Counted from the stretch's first letter, positions 29,597 to 41,128 are shown. The stretch is DNA of 64,000 nucleotides from Patescibacteria group bacterium (GCA_028716045.1 JAQUQO010000001.1:942-64941); one strand, 5' to 3'. Notes: generated by a model not told the origin, from the sequence alone. A program made the numbers and translations.

Positions 29597-30214
29597 ATGA
29601 GAAACAAAATTTTAATCGGCGTTGTGATTTTAGTAATTTTAGCCATTGGCATTGGCCTCGGTTTTTATTTTGGCCAGCGGGGCGCTTCAGATAAAGGGGA
29701 AGCTTTAAACATGGACGGAGCGCCACGAGAAGGAGTGGCCGGAGACAATAGTATTTTAGACAAAGCGGATTTTTCCATTATGTTGCCGGCCGGGTGGCGC
29801 GAGACCTCGGCTCCGCCAGGGGTTTCGGTAATGGCGGTGAACGCGCGGGAAAAAATCACCGACCCGGAAGCGCAGAAGATAAATTTTCAGACCAATTTTT
29901 CGGTGAGTTATGACACTCTTGGCGACCGCACTCGCGAAGAATACGTAGAGTATTTTAAGAATACTTTAAAACAAGTGGTGCCGGAAGTTGTTTTTACCGG
30001 TGAACAAGTGAAGACAATTAACGGCAGGGATTTTCTTTTGATTGAAGCTACGGTGAAACAGCGGGGAGTTGATTTTGGGGCAGCCGTGGCGTTGACTGCC
30101 GGCGGTAGTAATGATATTTGGGCGATTTCTTTCAATGCCACTAAAAGTAATTTTACTTCTTATGGGGAATTGTTTGATAAGATTTTAGGCAGTTTTAAGA
30201 TAAAAAATAAATAA
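29597..30214 (+). CDS. Membrane-anchored PsbP/DcrB-like fold protein
   Basis: N-terminal TM; FSIMLPAGW, TINGRD and FDKILGSFK patterns. Confidence 0.55.
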   Translation: MRNKILIGVVILVILAIGIGLGFYFGQRGASDKGEALNMDGAPREGVAGDNSILDKADFSIMLPAGWRETSAPPGVSVMAVNAREKITDPEAQKINFQTNFSVSYDTLGDRTREEYVEYFKNTLKQVVPEVVFTGEQVKTINGRDFLLIEATVKQRGVDFGAAVALTAGGSNDIWAISFNATKSNFTSYGELFDKILGSFKIKNK

Positions 30215-30261
30215 GGATTTTTAAAATAGTATTAGTAAAAATTCCAATTTTTTTGAAACAA

Positions 30262-30301
30262 AAAACTCCCCCGTCCCGAGTACTCGGGACGGGGGAGTTT
30301 T
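30262..30301. terminator. 40-bp perfect palindrome, likely bidirectional terminator
   Basis: aaaactcccccgtcccgagt|actcgggacgggggagtttt between convergent genes. Confidence 0.8.
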
Positions 30302-30310
30302 AAAATTTAT

Positions 30311-30487
30311 TTATTTTGCTTTTTTAGCCATGGTCTTTAAACAGCGGCTGCAGATTTTTATTCTTTTTCCCCCAATCGTTTTATTTTGCAGATTTAAAAA
30401 TTGTTTACGCTTAGTGGCGATATTGGAATGGCTTCGGCTGACCACGGTTTTTGGCTTGCGGTGGCAAACATCGCATCTTCTGGACAT
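30311..30487 (-). CDS. rpmB: 50S ribosomal protein L28 (not in the ORF track, 58 aa)
   Basis: Hand translation: MSRRCDVCHRKPKTVVSRSHSNIATKRKQFLNLQNKTIGGKRIKICSRCLKTMAKKAK. Confidence 0.92.
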   Translation of the reverse strand: MSRRCDVCHRKPKTVVSRSHSNIATKRKQFLNLQNKTIGGKRIKICSRCLKTMAKKAK

Positions 30488-30601
30488 ATCTTTAAATTAA
30501 ATTAATAGTAAATTTATTTTAGCACGCTCTTTTAAGGGAGTCAAGAGAATGGTATACTGGTATATGGACCGTAAGATTTTTAGGCGGAGTAAAAAATAAA
30601 T

Positions 30602-31216
30602 ATGTTTTATAGTTTACTATTATTTTTTGTAATAATTATTCCCTCGGCCATTATCCACGAGTATTTTCATGGCTGGACGGCTGATGCGCTTGGCGACCCG
30701 ACGGCCAAACGTTTTGGCCGTCTGACTCTAAACCCTTTAGCTCATATTGACCCTTGGGGGACTTTTATATTGCCGATTATTTTGCTATTGCTCTCCGGCG
30801 GCAGTTTTGTCTTCGCTTACGCTAAGCCCGTACCCTTTAATCCTTACAACTTAAAATATCCTAAATGGGGGCCGGCCTTGGTAGCCATAGCCGGACCCTT
30901 AGCTAATTTGTTGGTGGCCATAGTTTTCGGTCTTTTGGTGCGCTTTTATCCAATGAATAATTTTTCGTTGGTCTTAAGCGTTATTGTTTATGCCAATATC
31001 CTTTTAGCAGTTTTTAATTTAGTGCCGCTCCCCCCGCTGGATGGTTCCAAAATTCTCTACGTTTTATTGCCCAGCCAGTGGGCGGAAAGATTATATTCCC
31101 TAGAGCGTTATGGCATGATAATTGTATTATTTTTTGTCTTTTTTGCTTTTGAAATTTTATCTCCCATTATTTGGCTAATCTACGGGCTAATTGTCGGGAG
31201 GCCTTTGCTTTTTTAA
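30602..31216 (+). CDS. Site-2 protease (M50) family protein
   Basis: HEYFH, GRLTLNPLAHID, AGPLAN and FNLVPLPPLDG motifs. Confidence 0.92.
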   Translation: MFYSLLLFFVIIIPSAIIHEYFHGWTADALGDPTAKRFGRLTLNPLAHIDPWGTFILPIILLLLSGGSFVFAYAKPVPFNPYNLKYPKWGPALVAIAGPLANLLVAIVFGLLVRFYPMNNFSLVLSVIVYANILLAVFNLVPLPPLDGSKILYVLLPSQWAERLYSLERYGMIIVLFFVFFAFEILSPIIWLIYGLIVGRPLLF

Positions 31217-31270
31217 AACGGCTAATTTTAGCTAAAATTACACCCCGAAAAACCGTGATTTTTTCCGCTC

Positions 31271-31299
31271 TTGACGAGTTTTTAGGATTATGGTAATTT
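31271..31299 (+). promoter_or_regulatory. Promoter of the str operon
   Basis: TTGACG-17 nt-TAATTT with TGn extension. Confidence 0.55.
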
Positions 31300-31366
31300 A
31301 GTAGTATCTTGTGAGAAAAATTAAAGCTGAAGTAAGCTGTTTTATTTTACTTAAATTTTTATTATT

Positions 31367-31783
31367 ATGCCTACAATTAACCAATTAGTCCGTCATGGAA
31401 GGACGAGCTCAAAGAAAAAATCTAAAACTCCCGCCTTGCAGACGGTTTTTAATACTTTAAGGCGACGCAGAAACGAATTGCCCAAAGGCAGTCCGTATAA
31501 ACGCGGGGTTTGTGTTAAAGTCACCACGACTACGCCTAAAAAACCTAACTCGGCTTTAAGAAAAATCGCGCGCGTGCGGCTTTCTAACGGTATGGAAGTC
31601 ACTGCTTATATCCCTGGCGAAGGGCATAATTTACAGGAGCACTCCATTGTAATGATTCGCGGAGGCAGAGTGAAAGATTTGCCGGGCGTGCGTTATCATA
31701 TAGTCAGGGGCGTTTTTGATACCAGCGGAGTGGAAGGTCGCAAGCAGGGACGTTCTTTATATGGAGCTAAAAAATCTAAATAA
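31367..31783 (+). CDS. rpsL: 30S ribosomal protein S12
   Basis: [31 protein letters not shown]. Confidence 0.98.
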   Translation: MPTINQLVRHGRTSSKKKSKTPALQTVFNTLRRRRNELPKGSPYKRGVCVKVTTTTPKKPNSALRKIARVRLSNGMEVTAYIPGEGHNLQEHSIVMIRGGRVKDLPGVRYHIVRGVFDTSGVEGRKQGRSLYGAKKSK

Positions 31784-31792
31784 TTTTTGATT

Positions 31793-32260
31793 ATGAGAGG
31801 CAAACCAGCACCCAAAAGAAAAATTACTCCTGATTATAAATTTAACAGTATTCAAATTGCCAAATTGGCCAATTATTTAATGAGAGGTGGCAAGAAAAGC
31901 ACCGCCTTGAGGGTTATTTATAAGGCCTTTGATTATATTTCAGAGAAAACCAAGCAGGACCCGTTAGAAATTTATAATGAAGCCATAAAGAATGTCGGAC
32001 CGAGCGTGGAGCTAAGGAGTAAACGTGTCGGTGGCGCCAACTACCAGATTCCGACCGCTGTTCGCGGGGAAAGAAAACTGGCGCTATCTTATCGCTGGCT
32101 TCTTAATGCCGCGAGAAGCCGCAAAGGCAAGCCCATGTACGAGAAATTGGCTTTAGAACTTATGGATGCGGCTCAAGGGCAGGGCGACGCGGTTAAAAAG
32201 AAGCAAGACGTTTACAGAATGGCCGAAGCTAATCGCGCCTTCGCGCATTTTTCCAGATAA
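31793..32260 (+). CDS. rpsG: 30S ribosomal protein S7
   Basis: RVGGANYQIP, MAEANRAFAHF. Confidence 0.97.
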   Translation: MRGKPAPKRKITPDYKFNSIQIAKLANYLMRGGKKSTALRVIYKAFDYISEKTKQDPLEIYNEAIKNVGPSVELRSKRVGGANYQIPTAVRGERKLALSYRWLLNAARSRKGKPMYEKLALELMDAAQGQGDAVKKKQDVYRMAEANRAFAHFSR

Positions 32261-32300
32261 CTGATGCCAATTTTTAAATAAAATGTTAATTTACTAAGCC

Positions 32301-34379
32301 ATGCCTAGAGAATACAGTTTAGCCGATACTCGCAACATCGGAATTATCGCCCATATTGACGCCGGAAAAACTACGGTTTCCGAGCGTATTTTGTTTTACA
32401 CTGGCAAAAAGCATAAAATTGGCGAGGTGCACGAGGGTGAAGCGACGATGGACTGGATGGAACAGGAACGCGAACGCGGAATTACCATTACCTCGGCCGC
32501 CACCACCTGTTTTTGGAAAAATTGTCGTATTAATCTTATTGATACTCCGGGTCACGTGGATTTCACGGCTGAAGTGGAACGCTCCCTGCGCGTTTTAGAT
32601 GGCGGGGTCGTAGTTTTTGACGGCGTGGCAGGCGTGGAGCCGCAGTCGGAAACCGTCTGGAGGCAGGCGGATAAATATAATGTTCCGAGAATTTGTTTTG
32701 TCAATAAATTAGACAGAATGGGAGCTGATTTTTACGCTGATTTAAAATCCATCCACGACCGTTTAACCAAAAAGGCCTATCCGCTTCAATTGCCGATTGG
32801 CACCGAGGCCAATTTTGTAGGAATCGTTAGTTTATTAGAACAAAAAGCGCGTGTTTATTTAGACGAACTGGGGACCAAATGGGAAGACAAAGATATTCCG
32901 GAAGAGATGAAAGAAAAAGTTTTGAAGTACCGAGCGGAGTTACTTGAAGCCATTGTGGAACACAACGAAGTTTTGATGAATAAGTATCTGAATGGTGAAG
33001 AAATCCCTTTAGAGGATTTAAAAAAGACCCTGAGAAAAGCAGTGGTTAACAATGAAATAATTCCGGTATTTTGCGGCAGCGCTTTAAAAAATAAAGGCGT
33101 GCAGCTTCTCTTGGACGGAGTCGCCGATTATTTACCGTCCCCGCTGGATGTCCCGCCGCTTATCGGATTTCATCCAAAAAATCCGGAAACAAAAATAGAA
33201 GTAAAAACTTCCGATGATGAGCCCTTCACCGCCTTAGCTTTTAAAATAGCTACCGACCCTTTTGTCGGTAAGCTGGCTTTTTTCAGGGTTTATGCCGGGC
33301 AGTTAAAGGCAGGTTCTTATGTTTTAAATGCTACTACTGGTGAGAGAGAACGCATTGGAAGAATTTTGCGCATGCACGCCAATTCCCGTGAAGAAGTTGA
33401 AGATGTCTATGCCGGAGAAATTGCCGCCGCGGTGGGGCTTAAAAATACCACCACTGGTAATACTTTGTGCGACCCCGACCATCCGATTGTTCTAGAATCT
33501 ATCATTTTTCCGACTCCGGTTATTGACATTGCCGTGGAGCCCAAGACCAAGGCCGACCAGGAAAAGATGGGTATGGCCCTGCAAAAATTAGCCGAAGAGG
33601 ACCCGACTTTCCGCGTGCATACGGACGAGGAAACCATGCAGACCATTCTTTCCGGTATGGGTGAATTGCATTTGGAAATTATTATTGAACGCATGAAAAG
33701 AGAATTTCATGTGGAGGCCAATGTCGGCAAACCACAGGTGGCCTACAAGGAGACCATTAAAAAATCCGCTGAAGGCGAAGGAAAATATATTAAACAATCC
33801 GGCGGCCGTGGTCAGTATGGACATTGCGTCATTACCGTTGAACCATTGGAAGCCGGTAAAGGATATGAATTCGTTGACTCGGTTAAAGGCGGCGCTATTC
33901 CCAGAGAGTATATCGCTCCGATCAACAAAGGCATTCAGGAAGCCATGGGCAGGGGAGTGCTCGCCGGTTATCCGATGCTTGATATCAAGGTTACGGTTTT
34001 TGACGGTTCATATCACGATGTTGATTCTTCGGAAGCGGCTTTCAAAATCGCCGGGTCGTTAGCTTTTCAGGAAGCGACTAAAAAAGCTAACCTCGTTTTA
34101 CTTGAACCGATTATGAAGATTGAAGTTGTCACCCCGGAGGAATTTATGGGTGATGTCATTGGTGATTTAAACGCCCGCCGCGGGCATGTTAAAGAAATGC
34201 GCGATCGCGGAACGGCCAAAGTCATTGATGCCGAAGTTCCTTTAGCCGCGATGTTCGGCTATGCCACGGATTTGCGCTCTATGACCCAAGGACGAGCCAG
34301 TTATTCCATGGAATTTGGTCATTACGGAGAGGTGCCGCGCAATGTAGCCGAGGAAATTATAAGTAAAAGAAAAGGATAA
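32301..34379 (+). CDS. fusA: Elongation factor G
   Basis: [26 protein letters not shown]. Confidence 0.98.
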   Translation: MPREYSLADTRNIGIIAHIDAGKTTVSERILFYTGKKHKIGEVHEGEATMDWMEQERERGITITSAATTCFWKNCRINLIDTPGHVDFTAEVERSLRVLDGGVVVFDGVAGVEPQSETVWRQADKYNVPRICFVNKLDRMGADFYADLKSIHDRLTKKAYPLQLPIGTEANFVGIVSLLEQKARVYLDELGTKWEDKDIPEEMKEKVLKYRAELLEAIVEHNEVLMNKYLNGEEIPLEDLKKTLRKAVVNNEIIPVFCGSALKNKGVQLLLDGVADYLPSPLDVPPLIGFHPKNPETKIEVKTSDDEPFTALAFKIATDPFVGKLAFFRVYAGQLKAGSYVLNATTGERERIGRILRMHANSREEVEDVYAGEIAAAVGLKNTTTGNTLCDPDHPIVLESIIFPTPVIDIAVEPKTKADQEKMGMALQKLAEEDPTFRVHTDEETMQTILSGMGELHLEIIIERMKREFHVEANVGKPQVAYKETIKKSAEGEGKYIKQSGGRGQYGHCVITVEPLEAGKGYEFVDSVKGGAIPREYIAPINKGIQEAMGRGVLAGYPMLDIKVTVFDGSYHDVDSSEAAFKIAGSLAFQEATKKANLVLLEPIMKIEVVTPEEFMGDVIGDLNARRGHVKEMRDRGTAKVIDAEVPLAAMFGYATDLRSMTQGRASYSMEFGHYGEVPRNVAEEIISKRKG

Positions 34380-34383
34380 TTTT

Positions 34384-34746
34384 ATGGCTAATTTTAAAAA
34401 AATAATTGATTTATTAAAAAAAGTTGGCGGGCGTTATATCATCACCGATGGAGAAGGCGAACCGTCCTGCGTAATTTTGAGTTTAGAGGATTATGAGCTA
34501 TTCTTAGCCAAGAATAATGGATTATCTCTAAGAGAAGAAAACCAAATTTATAAAGAAAGAGTTAAGTCCTTGACAGATTCCGAAATGTTAGATAAAATAA
34601 ACGGCGATATTGCCCTGTGGAAAGAAAGTAAAAAGGACGAGGGTTTGGATATTCTAGCCGACGATTTAATTGATGATTTAGAGGAAAAAGACGATAAAGA
34701 ATGGGAGGCAGAAGAAGACCGTTATTACCTTGAACCGGTTGATTAA
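34384..34746 (+). CDS. Hypothetical protein, N-terminus Phd/YefM-like, acidic C-terminus
   Basis: GGRYIITDGEGEPSCVILSLEDYE; ends EEDRYYLEPVD. Confidence 0.6.
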   Translation: MANFKKIIDLLKKVGGRYIITDGEGEPSCVILSLEDYELFLAKNNGLSLREENQIYKERVKSLTDSEMLDKINGDIALWKESKKDEGLDILADDLIDDLEEKDDKEWEAEEDRYYLEPVD

Positions 34747-34798
34747 TCCCAATTAAGTCTAGTGGAAAAGCTGTGGATTCGCTGAAATTTTCGCTTTC

Positions 34799-34827
34799 TT
34801 GCCTAAAAAAAGCAGATATGGTATAAT
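34799..34827 (+). promoter_or_regulatory. Promoter upstream of tuf
   Basis: TTGCCT-17 nt-TATAAT with TGn extension. Confidence 0.6.
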
Positions 34828-34909
34828 TTTTACACTATATTAAAAATTAATAAACTGACGGCTGGATAAAACCCCGCAAATTTGGGGGCCGTTAAAGGAG
34901 ATAATTACT

Positions 34910-36097
34910 ATGGCAGAAAAATTTGAACGCACTAAACCCCATGTCAATGTTGGCACTATCGGTCACGTTGATCATGGTAAAACCACTTTAACGGCGGCTA
35001 TTTTAAGCGTGTTAGCTCTCAAGGGGTTAGCTAAGCCGAAAAATGTCGATGATATCGACAAAGCTCCGGAAGAAAAAGAGCGCGGTATCACTATTGCCAC
35101 GGCTCACGTGGAGTATGAAAGTGAGAAACGTCATTATGCTCACGTTGACTGCCCGGGTCACGCCGACTACGTCAAGAATATGATTACTGGTGCCGCCCAG
35201 ATGGATGGAGCTATTTTGGTAGTTTCCGCCGCCGACGGCCCGATGCCGCAAACTCGCGAACACATTCTTTTGGCTAAACAAGTCGGTGTTCCGAAAATCG
35301 TGGTATTTTTAAATAAGATTGACCAAGTTCAAGATAAGGAATTAATTGATTTAGTGGAAGAAGAAGTCCGCGATTTGCTCAATAAATACGAATTTGATGG
35401 AGCCAATACTCCGATTATCCGCGGTTCTGCTTTAAAAGCTTTAGAGAATTCTTCGGATGCTGAGGCAGCTAAGCCGATTTTTGATTTAGTAAATGCCTTA
35501 GATACTTACATCCCCGAACCGCAACGCGATACCGAGCATCCTTTTCTTATGCCTATTGAGGATATTTTTTCCATTGAAGGACGCGGCACAGTGGTGACCG
35601 GGAGAATTGAGAGAGGCATTGTCCATTTGAACGATGAAGTGGAAATCGTCGGTTTTAGGGATACCCAAAAAACAGTAGTTACTGGCATAGAAATGTTTAA
35701 TAAATCTTTGGATGAGGGTCGGGCGGGAGATAACGCGGGTGTTTTACTGCGCGGCACTAAGAAGGAAGAAGTAGAGCGCGGTCAAGTATTGTGCAAACCA
35801 GGGTCTATCACTCCGCATACTGAATTTGAAGCCAAAGTTTATGTCTTAACCAAAGAAGAGGGTGGACGTCATAAGCCGTTTTTCAAAGGATATAAACCGC
35901 AATTTTATATCCGCACTACTGACGTTACCGGCGAAGTGGAACTGCCGGCCGAAGCGGAAATGGTTATGCCCGGAGATACCGTTAATTTGAAGATTAAATT
36001 AATCGCCCCGGTTGCCTTGGAGGAAAAAATGAGATTCGCTATCCGCGAAGGCGGCAGAACAGTCGGCGCGGGCGTGGTTAATAAAATCAGTAAATAA
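34910..36097 (+). CDS. tuf: Elongation factor Tu
   Basis: [34 protein letters not shown]. Confidence 0.98.
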   Translation: MAEKFERTKPHVNVGTIGHVDHGKTTLTAAILSVLALKGLAKPKNVDDIDKAPEEKERGITIATAHVEYESEKRHYAHVDCPGHADYVKNMITGAAQMDGAILVVSAADGPMPQTREHILLAKQVGVPKIVVFLNKIDQVQDKELIDLVEEEVRDLLNKYEFDGANTPIIRGSALKALENSSDAEAAKPIFDLVNALDTYIPEPQRDTEHPFLMPIEDIFSIEGRGTVVTGRIERGIVHLNDEVEIVGFRDTQKTVVTGIEMFNKSLDEGRAGDNAGVLLRGTKKEEVERGQVLCKPGSITPHTEFEAKVYVLTKEEGGRHKPFFKGYKPQFYIRTTDVTGEVELPAEAEMVMPGDTVNLKIKLIAPVALEEKMRFAIREGGRTVGAGVVNKISK

Positions 36098-36117
36098 TAG
36101 AATATCACAGATAGGTT

Positions 36118-36153
36118 TTCCAGCCCCGTCCGAGTACTCGGACGGGGCTGGAA
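36118..36153. repeat. 36-bp perfect palindrome with CCGAGTACTCGG core
   Basis: ttccagccccgtccgagt|actcggacggggctggaa between tuf and rpsJ. Confidence 0.85.
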
Positions 36154-36179
36154 CATCGCTAAAGAATATAAAAAAATAG

Positions 36180-36572
36180 ATGTCGCCCACTAAAGCCAAA
36201 AAAACCGACAAAGTCAAGAAAGCCGAAAGTAAGGCAAAAGTCGAGGAAAAAGCAAAGAGCGAGGATTATAAACCGCGCATCAGAATTAAAATCAAAGCTT
36301 TTGACAATAAGATTATTGATCAATCCACCCGCACTATTATTGAGACCGCCGAACGCACCGGCGCTTCCATTGCCGGTCCGATTCCTTTGCCGACCGAGAA
36401 AAGCAAATACACGGTTAATAAATCAACCTTTGTGCATAAAGACGCGAGAGATCAGTACGAAATCAGAGTGCATAAGCGTTTGATAGATATTCTTAACCCC
36501 ACCCCTAAAACCGTAGATTCTTTGACCAATCTGAATTTGCCTTCAGGAGTGGATATAGAAATAAAAATGTAA
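36180..36572 (+). CDS. rpsJ: 30S ribosomal protein S10 with Lys-rich N-terminal extension
   Basis: [24 protein letters not shown]. Confidence 0.96.
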   Translation: MSPTKAKKTDKVKKAESKAKVEEKAKSEDYKPRIRIKIKAFDNKIIDQSTRTIIETAERTGASIAGPIPLPTEKSKYTVNKSTFVHKDARDQYEIRVHKRLIDILNPTPKTVDSLTNLNLPSGVDIEIKM

Positions 36573-36792
36573 TTTTAAATAGTAGTTTATTGGAAATGTA
36601 GAGAAAGATCCTTTGGGAAAACCTCTATACCTTCAATGAATTATTAGGAGAATTTTGAGAAGATAAAAAATTAAGGCCTTTAAATACATCCGTTGAGTAA
36701 AGGCTAGAAGCCTAAAATTATTATTTAAAGTTTGTCGCGGAAATAATTTTAGACTTCTGGTTTTTATTTTTACCCCGAAAAGTTAATTTATT

Positions 36793-37542
36793 ATGAAATT
36801 TATTTTAGGAAAAAAAATAGAAATGACGCAGAAATTTTTAGAGGACGGCACGGCTGTTCCGGTTACTAAGGTAGAAGCTGGACCTTGCGTTGTTACTCAA
36901 GTAAAGACCAAAGAGAAAGAGGGCTATAAAGCCGCGCAATTTGGATTTGGCTTAAAAAGGAAACCCTTGAATAAACCTCTGGCTGGGCATTTGAAAGGAC
37001 TACCGAATTTTTGCCATTTGGGCGAATTTGTTTTGGGCGACAAAGATGAACTTAAAATTGGGGACAAAATTGATGTCGCTACTTTTGCCCCGGGTGATAT
37101 GGTGAGAGTTATTGGTATTTCTAAAGGACGGGGGTTTCAGGGTGTTGTCAAAAGACACGGCTTTCATGGTTCGCCAGCTTCTCATGGTCATGAAGACCAG
37201 TTGAGGATGCCCGGTTCCATCGGTTCTAAACGTCAGGGGCCGGTGCAGAAAGGCAAGCGGATGGCGGGTCGTATGGGCGGAGAACAAGTGACGATAAAAA
37301 ATTTGGAAATAGTAGAAGTTGATCTATCCAATAATATCTTATTGATTAAGGGAGCTTTACCCGGCGCTCGGGGCACGCTTTTAAAGATTGAGGGCGAGGG
37401 GGAGTTAAAAATTGCCAAACCGGAAGAAACCATTAAGGCCCCGGAAACCCCGGCCGTAGCCGTTCCCGCCGAGCAAGTCGTTGCTGAAGTGCCAGCGGAG
37501 GAGCCGAAAGAAAATATCGTTTCAACAGAGGGCAAGAAGTAA
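36793..37542 (+). CDS. rplC: 50S ribosomal protein L3
   Basis: GKKIEMTQ, SKGRGFQGVVKRHGF, GKRMAGRMG. Confidence 0.97.
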   Translation: MKFILGKKIEMTQKFLEDGTAVPVTKVEAGPCVVTQVKTKEKEGYKAAQFGFGLKRKPLNKPLAGHLKGLPNFCHLGEFVLGDKDELKIGDKIDVATFAPGDMVRVIGISKGRGFQGVVKRHGFHGSPASHGHEDQLRMPGSIGSKRQGPVQKGKRMAGRMGGEQVTIKNLEIVEVDLSNNILLIKGALPGARGTLLKIEGEGELKIAKPEETIKAPETPAVAVPAEQVVAEVPAEEPKENIVSTEGKK

Positions 37543-37554
37543 AATTATACTATT

Positions 37555-38187
37555 ATGGCGAAGATAAAGGTTTACAATTTAGAAGGCAAGGAAGTCGGAG
37601 AAGAAAATTTGAATCCGGATATTTTCGACGTGGAAATTAAAAATTCACTAGTCCACCAAGCAGTTGAAGCTTTTTTTGCCAATAAACGCGTAGCCATTGC
37701 TCATACCAAAGACCGGAGTGAAGTGAGGGGCGGCGGGAAAAAACCCTGGAGGCAAAAAGGCACTGGCCGGGCCAGACACGGCTCCACTCGTTCTCCGATT
37801 TGGATTGGTGGAGGAATTACTTTTGGTCCGAGAAAAAACAGAAACTTCAGCCAAAAGATAAATAAAAAAGCCAAAAGAAAAGCTTTGTTTATGGGATTGT
37901 CGGATAAAGCCAAAGAAAACGGTATAATTTTAGTTAACGAATTAAAACTGGAGAGCATCAAAACAAAAAAGATGTCCGAGATTATAAAAAAGCTGCCCTT
38001 AGGTAAAAAGGTGGTCGTGGTTATTCCCGCCAGCGATGAAAAAATTGTAAAATCAGTCAGGAATTTAAAAAATACCAAAGTTGTCCGAGCTGATAATTTG
38101 AACATTATTGATGTGATTAATAGCAATTCTTTGCTTATGCCGGTGGCGGCGGTTAAAAAAATAGAAGAAACTTACTTGAAAAAATAG
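37555..38187 (+). CDS. rplD: 50S ribosomal protein L4
   Basis: RSEVRGGGKKPWRQKGTGRARHGS. Confidence 0.97.
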   Translation: MAKIKVYNLEGKEVGEENLNPDIFDVEIKNSLVHQAVEAFFANKRVAIAHTKDRSEVRGGGKKPWRQKGTGRARHGSTRSPIWIGGGITFGPRKNRNFSQKINKKAKRKALFMGLSDKAKENGIILVNELKLESIKTKKMSEIIKKLPLGKKVVVVIPASDEKIVKSVRNLKNTKVVRADNLNIIDVINSNSLLMPVAAVKKIEETYLKK

Positions 38188-38189
38188 AT

Positions 38190-38648
38190 ATGGGCATATT
38201 AAAAAATATTTTTAAAAAAGGGAAAAAAGAAGTAATAAAAAAACCGGCACCAAAAAAAGCGCCGGTAGTTGTCAAAGAGAAAGAGGTTGCTAAGCCGCCA
38301 GTCGGAGAAAAATCTCTTAAAGAGGGATTAAAGAAAGACAAGAAAGAAATTAAACAAACTACGCCTTTCGCCCATAAAATTTTAGTAAGACCGTTAGTTA
38401 CCGAAAAAGCGACTTATTTAGGCACATCTAGTAAATACGTTTTTGAGATTGCCCCCGGTGTTTCCAAAATTGATGTGGCCAAGGCCGTTGAAAGCGTTTA
38501 CGGAGTCCGTCCGATAAAAATTAATATTATGAATATGAGCGGGAAAGACAGAAAGTATGGACGTTCAGTCGGTCGGACGAAAAATTGGCGCAAAGCGATT
38601 ATTACCCTGAAGTCAGGGGATAAAATAGAAATCTACGAGGGAGTATAG
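38190..38648 (+). CDS. rplW: 50S ribosomal protein L23 with long N-terminal extension
   Basis: RPLVTEKA, KAVESVYGV, WRKAIITL. Confidence 0.95.
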   Translation: MGILKNIFKKGKKEVIKKPAPKKAPVVVKEKEVAKPPVGEKSLKEGLKKDKKEIKQTTPFAHKILVRPLVTEKATYLGTSSKYVFEIAPGVSKIDVAKAVESVYGVRPIKINIMNMSGKDRKYGRSVGRTKNWRKAIITLKSGDKIEIYEGV

Positions 38649-38741
38649 CTTTAAATCCATTGGTTTCCACAAATTTAAATAATAAGAAATTAGGTTTACC
38701 AGATATTCGCATGATTCGTAATTATTCCTAATTTAGCAGTT

Positions 38742-39575
38742 ATGGGAATTAAAATCTACAAACCAACCACCAGCGGCCGGCGCCATTCCAGCGTCCAAAC
38801 TTTTGAAGATATCACCAGAAAAGAGCCGGAAAAATCATTGATCGTGCCCTTGAAGAAAAAAGCGGGTCGCGGCAGCTGGGGAAATATTTCCGTCAGGCAC
38901 CAAGGAGGCGGCGCCAAAAGATTTTACAGAATTGTTGATTTTAAACAAGATAGATTTGATATGGCCGCAAAAGTGGAAAGCATTGAATATGACCCCAATC
39001 GCAACGCGAGAATCGCTTTGGTTCAATATGAAGATGGAGAGAAAAGATATATTGTCGCCCCGCTAGATTTAAAAGTCGGAGATAAAGTTATCTCCTCAAG
39101 ATCAAGAACGGACATTAAAACCGGTAATCGTCTGCCCCTGGAATATATACCAATTGGCACAATGGTTTATAATGTAGAATTAACTCCCGGCAAAGGTGGT
39201 CAAATCGGCCGGGGGGCGGGGGTAGGAATTCAGCTTTTAGCCATTGAGGGTGATTTTGCGCATTTAAGAATGCCTTCCAGCGAAGTCAGAATGGTTCCCA
39301 AGGAATGTTTGGCTTCCGTGGGCCAGGTCGGCAATCTTGATTATAGAAATATCCGTTGGGGCAAGGCCGGGCGCATGAGACACAGAGGAATCAGGCCGAC
39401 CGTCAGAGGTAAGGCGATGAATCCGGTTGACCATCCGCATGGCGGAGGCGAGGGCCGAAACCCGATTGGTTTAAAACATCCTAAAACTCCGACGGGCAAG
39501 CCGGCTTTGGGTGTGAAGACAAGAAAACCTTCCCGGTCTTCGAATAAATTGATAATTAAGCGCCGCGAGAAATAA
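38742..39575 (+). CDS. rplB: 50S ribosomal protein L2
   Basis: [26 protein letters not shown]. Confidence 0.98.
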   Translation: MGIKIYKPTTSGRRHSSVQTFEDITRKEPEKSLIVPLKKKAGRGSWGNISVRHQGGGAKRFYRIVDFKQDRFDMAAKVESIEYDPNRNARIALVQYEDGEKRYIVAPLDLKVGDKVISSRSRTDIKTGNRLPLEYIPIGTMVYNVELTPGKGGQIGRGAGVGIQLLAIEGDFAHLRMPSSEVRMVPKECLASVGQVGNLDYRNIRWGKAGRMRHRGIRPTVRGKAMNPVDHPHGGGEGRNPIGLKHPKTPTGKPALGVKTRKPSRSSNKLIIKRREK

Positions 39576-39597
39576 TAGAGATAATTTATAAATTTTT

Positions 39598-39942
39598 ATG
39601 TCCAGATCGCTTAAAAAAGGCCCTTACGTAGATGAGAAATTGAAGAAGAAAATTTCCAATCTTAAGATTGGCGATAAAACAGTAATTAAAACTTGGGTCA
39701 GGAGCTCAACAATTACTCCGGAGATGGTCGGCTTTACTATTGGAGTTTATAATGGTAAGGTTCATATTCCCGTTAAAGTAGTGGAAAATATGGTTGGGCA
39801 TAAATTAGGCGAATTTTCGCCTACGAGAAAGTTTGTCAGACATGGCGGGAAAATGCAAAAAGAGCAGGAGTTAAAAGCGGCCGAAGTGGCCCGCAAGGTG
39901 ACCGCCACGGCGACCACACCGGAAACTCCGCCCGCTAAATAA
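39598..39942 (+). CDS. rpsS: 30S ribosomal protein S19
   Basis: [25 protein letters not shown]. Confidence 0.97.
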   Translation: MSRSLKKGPYVDEKLKKKISNLKIGDKTVIKTWVRSSTITPEMVGFTIGVYNGKVHIPVKVVENMVGHKLGEFSPTRKFVRHGGKMQKEQELKAAEVARKVTATATTPETPPAK

Positions 39943-39959
39943 ATTTTTCAATTTAGATA

Positions 39960-40406
39960 ATGAATATGAAACAAGTGCAGGCCAAAGCAAGATTTATCAG
40001 AATGTCTCCGAAAAAAATTCGGCTGGTGATTAATTTAATCCGTGGTTTGGATGTAACTTCGGCCGAGAGTCAGTTACGTTTTATGCGCAAGGACGCGGCT
40101 GGGCCGGTTTTGAAATTGTTGCGTTCGGCCATGGCTAACGCGGAGCATAATTTCCAATTAGATAAGAGCGGTTTATTTATTAAAGAAATAAGAGTTGACC
40201 AGGGTCCGTCTTTAAAGAGATGGACACCCAAAGCCCAAGGCCGTGCCACTCCGATTCTTAAAAGGTCGGCGCATATCAGTATAGTTTTGGAAACCAAGGA
40301 AGATAAAAATGCCCCCGTGGGAGTTAAGGCAGAAGAAAAACCGGCCGAGAAGAAAACTAAAACTCCCAAGATAAGAGAAAAGGAAGTCAAAAATAATAAA
40401 AAATAA
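39960..40406 (+). CDS. rplV: 50S ribosomal protein L22
   Basis: RMSPKKIRLV, SAMANAEHN, PKAQGRA. Confidence 0.96.
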   Translation: MNMKQVQAKARFIRMSPKKIRLVINLIRGLDVTSAESQLRFMRKDAAGPVLKLLRSAMANAEHNFQLDKSGLFIKEIRVDQGPSLKRWTPKAQGRATPILKRSAHISIVLETKEDKNAPVGVKAEEKPAEKKTKTPKIREKEVKNNKK

Positions 40407-40429
40407 TAATGGCGCTAATTTAGCTTACT

Positions 40430-41107
40430 ATGGGTCATAAAGTTAATCCAAAAAGTTTACGTTTAGGCACAATCTACACTTGGAATTCCAAGTGGTTTTC
40501 TGATAAGAAAAATTATCGCAAATTATTGAGACAGGACGTTTTAATTAGGGATTTTTTAAGAGAGAGATTAAAAGAGGCCTCGGTTGAAGACGTGATGATT
40601 GAGAGAAACCCGTCCTCCATCACTATTACCATTTTTGTAGCCAAACCGGGGATAGTTATCGGCCGTGGCGGTTCAGGCATTGAAGATTTAAAAAAAGAAT
40701 TAAAGAAGAAAATCATTAACAAAAAATCAATTGCCGATGTCGGCAAAGTGGTTATCAATATCAATATTAAAGAAGTAAAAAACCCCAATTTGTCGGCCCC
40801 GGTTGTTTTAAGGTCAATGGTCGCGGATTTGGAAAAACGCATTCCTTTCCGCCGCGTGATGAAACAGGCCATCGGGAGAGTGGAAAAGGCCGGTGCGATC
40901 GGAGTCAAGGTTACGGTTTCCGGGCGTTTGAATGGCGCGGAAATCGCCCGTACCGAAACTTTGAGCGTCGGTAAAATACCTTTACACACTATCAGAGCCG
41001 ATATTGATTATGCTTCTGACATTGCCCAGACGATTTACGGAGTAATTGGCGTGAAAGTTTGGATTTGTAAAGGAGAAATTTTTAATAAAAAGATTGAAAA
41101 GCGATAA
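40430..41107 (+). CDS. rpsC: 30S ribosomal protein S3
   Basis: MGHKVNP, KPGIVIGRGG, SGRLNGAEIAR. Confidence 0.97.
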   Translation: MGHKVNPKSLRLGTIYTWNSKWFSDKKNYRKLLRQDVLIRDFLRERLKEASVEDVMIERNPSSITITIFVAKPGIVIGRGGSGIEDLKKELKKKIINKKSIADVGKVVININIKEVKNPNLSAPVVLRSMVADLEKRIPFRRVMKQAIGRVEKAGAIGVKVTVSGRLNGAEIARTETLSVGKIPLHTIRADIDYASDIAQTIYGVIGVKVWICKGEIFNKKIEKR

Positions 41108-41128
41108 AGCAGAGCTAATTTTAAAGAT

